A DNA stretch of 64,000 bases from positions 20,478-84,477 of the forward strand of contig CAYQQK010000003.1 of the NCBI GenBank assembly GCA_964420065.1. Reading direction: 5' to 3'. Positions 56,938 to 64,000 of this stretch are shown in pieces. The notes under the pieces are model-generated. The model saw only the letters and a list, made by a program, of their open reading frames with translations, had not been told where the DNA came from and searched no databases. This DNA comes from an uncultured Syntrophomonadaceae bacterium. GTDB lineage: Bacteria > Bacillota > Dethiobacteria > DTU022. The number at the start of each line of letters is the position of its first letter. The stretch's first letter is position 1. Made by a program: the position numbers and the translations under genes.

Positions 56938-57702
56938 ATGGAACATGCGATCAGCACGAGTTTGGAGGAACAGGAGTCCGCCCAAAAGGAGGCCATTGTT
57001 CTATCCTTTCTGCCCCTGATCAAAAAGCTCTCCGGTAAACTGAGCCTGGCCCTGCCCCCTTCTTTGGATGAGGGAGACTTGATCAACAGTGGCATCATCG
57101 GCTTGTTGGAAGCTTTGGGACGCTATGATCCCACGCGCAAGGTCAAATTCAGTGCTTTTGCCATGAGCCGGATCCGGGGAGCAATGATCGATGAACTGCG
57201 CAAGGTTAGCCTGGCACCGCGTTCCTTTTTTCCTCGCCTGCGCCTGGTCCAGGAAGCTGAAGCCCGGCTTCGTCAGAAGCTGCAACGGGAACCTTCTTCG
57301 GCCGAGACGGCCCGTTTTTTGGGCTGGACCGAATCTGCCCTGAATCAGGTTTGGGCCGGCTTCAACCTGCTGGCGGTGCTTTCCCTTGAGAAATTACTTT
57401 TTGAATCGATCCGGGGAGATGCCTTGAAATTGGAGGAAACACTTTCCGCGGATTGGGGTGATCCGGAAGAAGCCATGCTGGGGGATGAAAAAATGTCCAT
57501 CCTTTCCGCGGCCCTGGACCGGCTACCGCCCCGGGAGAAACTGCTTCTATCACTTTACTACTATGAAGACCTGACGCAAAAAGAGATTGCCACCATGATG
57601 AACATATCCACGGTTCGGGTTTCGCAGCTGCATGCCCGGGCACTCCGGCGTCTGCGCGAAATCCTGGTGCCCGGGGCTGAGGGTGAAACGGGGGCGTTTT
57701 GA
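56938..57702 (+). CDS. fliA: Flagellar sigma factor FliA/SigD (sigma-28)
   Basis: Sigma-70 regions 2-4; region 4 LTQKEIATMMNISTVRVSQLHARALRRLR. RBS GGAAGGAGG before the ATG at 56938. Confidence 0.8.
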   Translation: MEHAISTSLEEQESAQKEAIVLSFLPLIKKLSGKLSLALPPSLDEGDLINSGIIGLLEALGRYDPTRKVKFSAFAMSRIRGAMIDELRKVSLAPRSFFPRLRLVQEAEARLRQKLQREPSSAETARFLGWTESALNQVWAGFNLLAVLSLEKLLFESIRGDALKLEETLSADWGDPEEAMLGDEKMSILSAALDRLPPREKLLLSLYYYEDLTQKEIATMMNISTVRVSQLHARALRRLREILVPGAEGETGAF

Positions 57703-57723
57703 TGGACAGGAGGCGAGCATGCA

Positions 57724-58128
57724 ATGGGATTGTTTGTTCTTGGCTTTTTTGGAGGTAGCCTGGCCGTTCTGGCCTGGGGACATCTCAAAAAGAAGAGCGA
57801 GACCTTCGATCATTTTCTGCACCGGGAGCTGGCTGTTCCGGTACAGTCGGGGCGGCTTCCGGAAAGTAAACATGTGTTGTTGGGCGGGGAAAATGTGGTT
57901 GTTTCTCCGCCGGCCCGCCGCCGTTTTTTTTCAGAAAACGACGGGGGCGGTCGGATGCGGAATCACGGGTTAACGTCCGGATACCGACAGGCGCCATCCG
58001 TGAAGAAGGAACAGGTCCTGGAGCTGCACGAGCAAGGATACCCTGAAGAACAAATTCTGCGCGAAACATGCTTGGGCAAGGGAGCGGTGGATCTGATCCT
58101 GACCATGCAAAAAAAAGGGATGTTCTAA
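57724..58128 (+). CDS. Hypothetical small membrane protein downstream of fliA (positional analog of SwrB)
   Basis: N-terminal TM (LFVLGFFGGSLAVLAW) with a cytoplasmic tail. The analogy is by position only. Confidence 0.3.
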   Translation: MGLFVLGFFGGSLAVLAWGHLKKKSETFDHFLHRELAVPVQSGRLPESKHVLLGGENVVVSPPARRRFFSENDGGGRMRNHGLTSGYRQAPSVKKEQVLELHEQGYPEEQILRETCLGKGAVDLILTMQKKGMF

Positions 58129-58197
58129 CCGACGGTGCCGGTCTGGCGGTCGGAAGGATGCAGGCGGCATCGGCAGTACAAACGGAGGTGAGATCGA

Positions 58198-58974
58198 TTG
58201 CGCGGGCTTTATATCGCCGAAACAGCCTTGCTGGTACAGGAAGCCCGGTTGGAGGCAACGAGCAACAATCTGGCCAATCTGCGTAGCAGCGGTTTCAAAA
58301 AGGACCGGGCCGTGGCAACCAGTTTTGCCGAATGGCTCATTTCCCGCCGGGAAAGCCATGATCAGACCGCTTCACCGGTAGTAACCGGGTCGCCAACCGG
58401 GAGAATACCGCACGGTGCGGCCGTATCGGAAGTGCACACTGATTTTTCAAGCGGGCACCTGGATGCGACGGGAAGACCCCTTGATCTGGCCCTGATCGGA
58501 GATGGTTATTTTCAGGTAGAAACACCGGATGGATTTCGCTACACACGGAACGGACACTTCATGGTTGATGCGGAAGGCCTTCTGGTGACCGCTGCCGGGC
58601 TGCGGGTGTGGGGCCTGGACGGTCCGATCAGCATTGACGGTGGTGAGGGGGAAATTACCATTTCATCACAAGGGTTGATTACCGTTGGCGGGACCCAGGC
58701 CGGACAGATCCTTATTGCGGTTTTCCCGGCGGACAGTTTACTCATCAAGGCCGGGCACAGCCTGTTTGAGGCCACGGTACCCCCCCTGGTCGAAGGCGAT
58801 GATGAGGGCGGAGGAGAGATCTGGTCCGGTTATCTTGAAGGTTCGAACGTGGATCTGGGCCGGGAAATGGTTGCTCTGATCGAAATCCAGCGCTCCTATG
58901 AAGCGGTGCAACGATCTTATGCTACCTGTGATGCCATCTTGAAAAAAGCGGCCAATGATCTCGGCAGCCTTTAA
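58198..58974 (+). CDS. flgF: Flagellar basal-body rod protein FlgF/FlgG family (first copy)
   Basis: SNNLANLRSSGFKKDR near the N-terminus and LEGSNVDLGREMVALIEIQRSYEA at the C-terminus. Confidence 0.75.
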   Translation: MRGLYIAETALLVQEARLEATSNNLANLRSSGFKKDRAVATSFAEWLISRRESHDQTASPVVTGSPTGRIPHGAAVSEVHTDFSSGHLDATGRPLDLALIGDGYFQVETPDGFRYTRNGHFMVDAEGLLVTAAGLRVWGLDGPISIDGGEGEITISSQGLITVGGTQAGQILIAVFPADSLLIKAGHSLFEATVPPLVEGDDEGGGEIWSGYLEGSNVDLGREMVALIEIQRSYEAVQRSYATCDAILKKAANDLGSL

Positions 58975-59018
58975 AATATGGCCATAGAGCCGAATGAATC
59001 AAGAAATGGGGTGTCAAA

Positions 59019-59807
59019 ATGATCAGCTCCATCAACAACAGCGTTTCGGGCCTGATCGCTTACCAGCGAGCGCTGGACCAGGTTGCTCATAATCTGGCCA
59101 ACGTGAACACTACCGCATACAAGCAATCCGAAACTATTTTCGGCGATCTCCTTTACCAGCGATTGCAGGATAAAAGGACGGCCGAGGCCCGGCCGGAAGG
59201 CTTCCCGGAAGCCAGGACCGGCCAGGGTGCCCGGGTAATCGCGGTAACCCCGGCCTGGTGGGAACAGGGACCACTGGCGCAAACGGAACGTCCATTTGAC
59301 CTGGCCATTGACGGGAAAGGCTTTTTCCAGATCGAATTGGCGGAAGGTGAAACGGCGTATACCCGGGCCGGCAGTTTCTGCCTGGACGCCGGCGGTCGCC
59401 TTGTAACCGCGGCGGGGGGCTATCTTGATGTTCCTTTTACCCTGGAAGGGGTTCGCCCCGAGACCATGACCGTCACACCCGAGGGGCTGGTATCGGCCCT
59501 GGACGAAGACGGGGCCCGTGTGGAACTGGGCGCACTGAGGCTGTACCATTTTATAAACCCGGAAGGTCTGTTTCAAACCCAGGGCCGGCTGTTCCTGGAA
59601 ACTGAAGCTTCGGGGCCGCCCGTGGAAGGTGCTCCCGGCGAAAATGGCCTGGGCCGGATCCGGCAGTTCTGCCTCGAGCAATCAACCGTCTCCCTGGCTC
59701 GGGAAATGACGCTTATGTTGATCCAGCACCGTTCGATCCAGGCGTCGGCACGCAGCCTGGTTACGGCCTCCGAAATGCAACGCCTGACATTACAGATAAA
59801 CCCATAA
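59019..59807 (+). CDS. flgG: Flagellar distal rod protein FlgG
   Basis: AHNLANVNTTAYKQSE near the N-terminus and LEQSTVSLAREMTLMLIQHRSIQASAR at the C-terminus. Confidence 0.85.
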   Translation: MISSINNSVSGLIAYQRALDQVAHNLANVNTTAYKQSETIFGDLLYQRLQDKRTAEARPEGFPEARTGQGARVIAVTPAWWEQGPLAQTERPFDLAIDGKGFFQIELAEGETAYTRAGSFCLDAGGRLVTAAGGYLDVPFTLEGVRPETMTVTPEGLVSALDEDGARVELGALRLYHFINPEGLFQTQGRLFLETEASGPPVEGAPGENGLGRIRQFCLEQSTVSLAREMTLMLIQHRSIQASARSLVTASEMQRLTLQINP

Positions 59808-59840
59808 TCAAGATGTCAACCGGAAGGGGGTGCTGTAACG

Positions 59841-60830
59841 ATGGCACGGGATATCCTGAGCCAGTCGGAAATCGATTCCCTCATCTCGGCCATTAGCTCC
59901 GGAACCCTGAAAGAAAAAACGGAAGTGGCCGCGATTGAAGGGGCGGCTTATGATTTCCGGCGTCCGACCAAGTTTTCCAAGGAACAGCTCAAAACGTTGC
60001 AGGTCATTCACGACTACTATGCTCGAACCATGGGCAATTTTTTGGCTGCATTCCTTCGCACACCGGTCAAATGCGAAGTTGTTTCCGTCGGCCAGGTCAC
60101 TTTTGAGGAATTCATCTGCTCCCTGCCGGTACCGACGCTGATGACCGTTTTTAACCTTTCAGCCGAACTGGGGGTAGGAATTCTTGAAATCAGTCCATCC
60201 CTCACCTTTACCCTGGTCGATCTTCTTTTTGGAGGCGAAGGGAAGGTGCCGTCACGGTTCAGGGAGCTGACCGAAATCGAAATTACCGTGCTGCGACAGA
60301 TCATCGAACGGTTCCTGGACAATTTAAGCTACGCCTGGAAGGGTATCGCCCAGCTTTCACCTCAAATTGAGAGTATGGAAACCAACCCCCAATTCAGTCA
60401 GGTTGTCGCTTCGGGCGAAACGGTAGTTCTGATCACCGTAACAGCGCAGATTAACAGTATTCAGGGTTTTGTCAATCTCTGCTTTCCGTATGCCGCCCTG
60501 GATCAAGTTTTGCCCAGCCTCACCGCCCAGCAGTGGTTCAACCAGTATCCCCGGCTTCAGGGTCGGGATCATACCGCTGCGATCAGCCGGGCGATCGGTA
60601 ATACAGAAGTTGAGATACAGGTCGTTCTAGGGACAGCCCAGATTACTTTGGAGGATTTCCTGCAGATCCGGGAAGGGGATGTTATAACCCTGCACCGCCG
60701 CCTCGGGGAACCGTTGGAAGCGACCGTGGAAGGGTACCCGGTTTTGACCGTTCATCCGGGGCTGAATGGCGGGCGCCTGGGGATATGGATCGACGGCTGG
60801 CTGGAAGGAGAACAAAGCATTGAACGATGA
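59841..60830 (+). CDS. fliM: Flagellar motor switch protein FliM
   Basis: ILSQSEIDSLISA...YDFRRPTKFSKEQLKTLQVIH N-terminus. Confidence 0.9.
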   Translation: MARDILSQSEIDSLISAISSGTLKEKTEVAAIEGAAYDFRRPTKFSKEQLKTLQVIHDYYARTMGNFLAAFLRTPVKCEVVSVGQVTFEEFICSLPVPTLMTVFNLSAELGVGILEISPSLTFTLVDLLFGGEGKVPSRFRELTEIEITVLRQIIERFLDNLSYAWKGIAQLSPQIESMETNPQFSQVVASGETVVLITVTAQINSIQGFVNLCFPYAALDQVLPSLTAQQWFNQYPRLQGRDHTAAISRAIGNTEVEIQVVLGTAQITLEDFLQIREGDVITLHRRLGEPLEATVEGYPVLTVHPGLNGGRLGIWIDGWLEGEQSIER

Positions 60831-61176
60831 TTGTAAATTGACTCCGGAAGAATTGAATGCACTGTTGCAAGAATACCCCGAACCCGGGGCGGAATCGATG
60901 CAGGATCTCAAACTCAGGCTGGCCCTGGATTTCCCGCTTGAAGTCTCGATCCGGCTTGGCGAAGCGAAAAAAAATATCGGTGAATTGCTGCAGCTTGCGT
61001 CGGGCACGGTCATCGAACTGGATCGGGAAATAACAGAGCCGGTTGACCTGGTGGTTAACGGCCGGACTATTGCTCGGGGTGAGGTTATTACCGTCGGGGA
61101 ATACTTTGCCGTGCGTATTGTCTCCATCATCAAGCCCGAGGAAAGAATAGAAAATCTGGGCGCTCCGGGGCGGTGA
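60820..61176 (+). CDS. fliN: Flagellar motor switch protein FliN
   Basis: SpoA domain (LEVSIRLGEAKKNIGELLQLASGTVIELDREITEPVDLVVNGRTIARGEVITVGEYFAVRI). The TTG start is uncertain. Confidence 0.8.
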   Translation: MNDDCKLTPEELNALLQEYPEPGAESMQDLKLRLALDFPLEVSIRLGEAKKNIGELLQLASGTVIELDREITEPVDLVVNGRTIARGEVITVGEYFAVRIVSIIKPEERIENLGAPGR

Positions 61177-61183
61177 GCGGCCG

Positions 61184-62215
61184 TTGAGGAGGGTAAAATT
61201 GGATCTTCTTACACCGGAGGAGCAGGAAACCATGACCGTGGTCGGCAATGCGTTCCGCGAGGCTACGGTGACGATGCTTTCTACCTTTCTTGACCGGAAG
61301 GTCCACCTTTCTTCACCCCGGATCGAAGTACTTCCGGTCAGCCGGATCCGTGCGGCCTGCCCGCAGTCCTGCCTGGTTGTTCCGTTGCATTACCGCGCCC
61401 GATTGCAGGGGCAAAGTTTCTTTTTATTGAGCGAGGAAGCTGCCCGCGCCATTGCCGTCATGCTCACCGGTGTTCCGGTTGAAAGGCTGATCGAAAGCCC
61501 GGAGGATCTGGCATGGAGTGCTCTCCAGGAAACTTTTAATCAGATCGCGGGTTGTATGGCCACGGCCATGTCGGATTTATTTGGGGGTGCAATCGAAATT
61601 TCTCCTCCGGAATTAAACCTGCAAGATCTGACTGCCGGAGAAATCTCCCTTTTCCCTCTGGACGAGAAGGATGCGGTTGTCCGGGTTTCCTTTACCCTGC
61701 GGGCGGAAACGATGCCGGATAGTACCTTGCTCCAGATTGTTCCACCGTCCCTTCTTTGCACCATGGCCCGGTTAAGGCGGGGCAAACCGGATCCTTCGGT
61801 TGAGGAAATCGCGAAAGAAATGGAAGCGGAAACAAGCATCAGTTTCAAGGGAGGCAACATCCCTGGAAGTGGGCTTGATCCTGCTGCACCGCAGCATGAC
61901 ATCATTATGGGTTTCGGTCCGACCGGACCCGAACCGGATTTGGAGAAACTGTCGCTTTTAAAAGACATTCCAGTCAAAGTAACGGTAATCCTTGGCAATA
62001 CCAAGGTTCCGCTTGGCAAACTGTTTACACTTGGCCGAGGCGGTGTCATCGATTTGAATTGTATGGACGGCGAACCGGTCAAAATTTTGATCAATAATAA
62101 GCTGGTAGCCTGGGGAGAAGTCGTGGCGGTCAATGAAGAGCTGGCCGTCCGGATCACCAGTCTCCAGCCTGAGCTGGCTGAAAGCAAAAACGAAACTCTG
62201 ACCGGGAAACCTTAG
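61184..62215 (+). CDS. fliY: FliY: CheC-like phosphatase domain fused to FliN/SpoA domain
   Basis: CheC-like N-domain with E..N motifs and a C-terminal SpoA domain (VKVTVILGNTKVPLGKLFTLGRGGVIDL...). Confidence 0.75.
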   Translation: MRRVKLDLLTPEEQETMTVVGNAFREATVTMLSTFLDRKVHLSSPRIEVLPVSRIRAACPQSCLVVPLHYRARLQGQSFFLLSEEAARAIAVMLTGVPVERLIESPEDLAWSALQETFNQIAGCMATAMSDLFGGAIEISPPELNLQDLTAGEISLFPLDEKDAVVRVSFTLRAETMPDSTLLQIVPPSLLCTMARLRRGKPDPSVEEIAKEMEAETSISFKGGNIPGSGLDPAAPQHDIIMGFGPTGPEPDLEKLSLLKDIPVKVTVILGNTKVPLGKLFTLGRGGVIDLNCMDGEPVKILINNKLVAWGEVVAVNEELAVRITSLQPELAESKNETLTGKP

Positions 62216-62243
62216 GAAGGCACCCTCGAAGGAGCGGACATCC

Positions 62244-63062
62244 ATGTTCAGAAAAACACTTTACCTTTTGATGTTGTGTCCGGTTCTACTCTTCCTTTAT
62301 AATGGTTTTTTCGGGATTGCAAAGCAACTTTCTCCTTCACCGGCCGCTAATATCCCTGCAGGCGGCTTTATTGTAGAAATGGAATCTGGAGCGAAACGTA
62401 CCGAGCGGCGCATACTGGCCGGGACCCCTCAGGAAACGACCCTCTACATCAACCAATCGTCCCGGGAAGGACCGATAGTAATGGTGATCGGTGGAGTGCA
62501 CGGGAATGAGCCGGCCGGATTCTTGGCTGCGGATAACATTTCCGGCTGGTTGGTAGATCGGGGCACGTTGCTGGTTCTACCACGAGCCAATGTTCCAGCC
62601 ATTGCTGCCAAAATGCGGAGTGCCCCCGGTGACGCCGACCTGAATCGCGTTTTTCCCGGCAGTCCAAAAAACAGCGGGACCCGAAGACTGGCTGCCGAGA
62701 TCAAAATGATCATGGATGAATTCCAGCCGGCATGGGTGCTTGACCTGCACGAGGCCGTAGGGTTGGAAAGACAGCAGCCCGGTGCTCTTGGGCAAACGAT
62801 CATCTATCCCCGCCAGGGGGCTTCGCTGGACCTTGCCGGGCAGGTTTTGGAAACGGTCAATTGTTCTTGCAGTTCTCCCCTCGAAAAATTTATTTTACGT
62901 CGCGGGGCGGTGCACGGCAGTTTGGTTGAAACCGCAGTGTTCCTTGGTTGTGAGGCCCTTTTGATCGAAAGTTATCAGGGATTCCCGCTGGAGGATCGAA
63001 TTGAACACCATCGTCGAGTCGTCTATGCTCTTCTTTACCAGTTGGACATGCATGCCGGGTAA
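62244..63062 (+). CDS. Secreted succinylglutamate desuccinylase/aspartoacylase (M14-like) family protein
   Basis: Signal peptide plus GGVHGNEPAG and DLHE zinc-ligand motifs. Confidence 0.55.
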   Translation: MFRKTLYLLMLCPVLLFLYNGFFGIAKQLSPSPAANIPAGGFIVEMESGAKRTERRILAGTPQETTLYINQSSREGPIVMVIGGVHGNEPAGFLAADNISGWLVDRGTLLVLPRANVPAIAAKMRSAPGDADLNRVFPGSPKNSGTRRLAAEIKMIMDEFQPAWVLDLHEAVGLERQQPGALGQTIIYPRQGASLDLAGQVLETVNCSCSSPLEKFILRRGAVHGSLVETAVFLGCEALLIESYQGFPLEDRIEHHRRVVYALLYQLDMHAG

Positions 63063-63166
63063 ACCACTTCCGCCGCCGTCTGTACCCGTTACCCCTTAAT
63101 TTTTGCTTCTGAATACCGATTGTAAAATACGAGACGAAAAACATCGATGTTGCCAAGGAGGATGAC

Positions 63167-63547
63167 ATGTCTACCGGCAAGCCGGGAATCGCTGCAAGTA
63201 TGGCCGAAAAAACGGGATCCACCCACAAGCTCGCGCTCGAGATGGTAAATGCTTTTATCGAATCCATTGCAGAAAAACTGGTGGAGGGTGACACGGTCAA
63301 ACTGTTTGGGTTTGGTACATTTACAGTTCGGAAAAGAAAAAGTCGGGAGGGAAGAAACCCCGCAACGGGAGAAATTTTGTTTATCCGTTCCCGGAAAGTG
63401 CCCACATTCAGGGCCAGTCCGAAGTTGAAACAGCGGCTCAATTCCATTTTTATAGCGATGGAGGAAAAAGAGAATTCGGCTGGCCAACAAAAGGAACAAC
63501 CGGTTGTCCCCGGTGTGTTTTGTTCCCCCCTGCCCCCGCCAAGGTGA
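63167..63547 (+). CDS. hup: HU-family DNA-binding protein with a C-terminal extension
   Basis: LFGFGTFTVRKRKSREGRNPATGEILFIRSRKVPTFRASPKLK matches the HU arm. RBS AAGGAGG. A ~35-aa tail beyond the usual HU end runs into a C-rich tract. Confidence 0.7.
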   Translation: MSTGKPGIAASMAEKTGSTHKLALEMVNAFIESIAEKLVEGDTVKLFGFGTFTVRKRKSREGRNPATGEILFIRSRKVPTFRASPKLKQRLNSIFIAMEEKENSAGQQKEQPVVPGVFCSPLPPPR

Positions 63548-63690
63548 ACTTGTCCCCTCTCCCCCCGTCATGGGGGGGGAGAGGGGGGGAGAGAGCGTTC
63601 CCCCCCACCCCACCCCTCCCCCGCCAGGGGGGAGGGGGAGGAGAGCCTCCACCCCGTCCCTCCCCCGCCTCATCCCAATCCCACCAACCG
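63530..63690. repeat. C/G-homopolymer-rich palindromic low-complexity region between convergent genes
   Basis: CCCCTCTCCCCCC-gtcat-GGGGGGGGAGAGGGG hairpin, G8, G7 and C6-C7 runs, and a GGGGGGAGGGGGAGGAGAG motif. Confidence 0.4.
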
Positions 63691-64000
63691 TGCTCCCTGG
63701 GCTACCGCCAGGCAAACTACGATTCCGGTTACGGTGGGGATCGCAAACGCCGCCGCCGTCCATTTCCAGCTCCCGGTTTCCCGGTAGATCGTAAGCAGGG
63801 TCGTGCCGCAGGGGAAATGATTTAAAGAAAAGAGCATCGTGCACAGCGCAGTCATCCCGGTCCAGCCCTGGGCCATCAGAAGCTGTTGCAGGTCATCCAG
63901 TGTTTCCAGTTCGAGCATCGATCCTGTAGCCAGATAACTCATGATCATGATCGGGATGACAATTTCGTTGGCCGGCAGGCCGAGGATGAAAGCGATCAAA
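63670..64000 (-). CDS. C-terminal part of a polytopic membrane protein (gene continues beyond window end)
   Basis: Hydrophobic 109-aa open frame running off the window; no family assigned. Confidence 0.3.
   Translation of the reverse strand, partial: LIAFILGLPANEIVIPIMIMSYLATGSMLELETLDDLQQLLMAQGWTGMTALCTMLFSLNHFPCGTTLLTIYRETGSWKWTAAAFAIPTVTGIVVCLAVAQGARLVGLG

Overview
This window reads like a moderately GC-rich Gram-positive anaerobe, probably a Clostridia or Peptococcaceae-like Firmicute; that taxonomic guess is inference only. Bases 1-5265 hold the 3' end of a CRISPR adaptation module (cas1 partial, cas2, cas4, a second Cas4-family csa1-like gene) and a 42+1 repeat CRISPR array, with leader at the cas-proximal end and no effector genes in the window. 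The trailer end of the array carries a 189-nt insert with an unannotated 53-aa ribbon-helix-helix ORF, followed by a degenerate terminal repeat. Bases 5266-19500 hold accessory genes: a c-di-GMP-I (GEMM) riboswitch ahead of a transglutaminase-like exported protein, a pyruvate-kinase-C-like protein, an MFS transporter, hcp with a cupin gene, a permease, tRNA-Arg(TCT), a large GT1/glycosidase fusion, a DUF1847-like protein and an aspartase. Bases 19500-62200 are one large + strand flagellar regulon: HD-GYP phosphodiesterase, FapA, then flgM through fliY (features list). A second c-di-GMP-I riboswitch with an intrinsic terminator sits immediately upstream of flgB. The first of the two tandem flagellins lacks its conserved N-terminal ~46 codons and abuts the csrA stop codon in the same frame. 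The window ends with an M14/AstE-family protein, an HU gene and a C/G homopolymer-rich palindromic region. Coordinates I derived by hand may be off by 1-2 nt.
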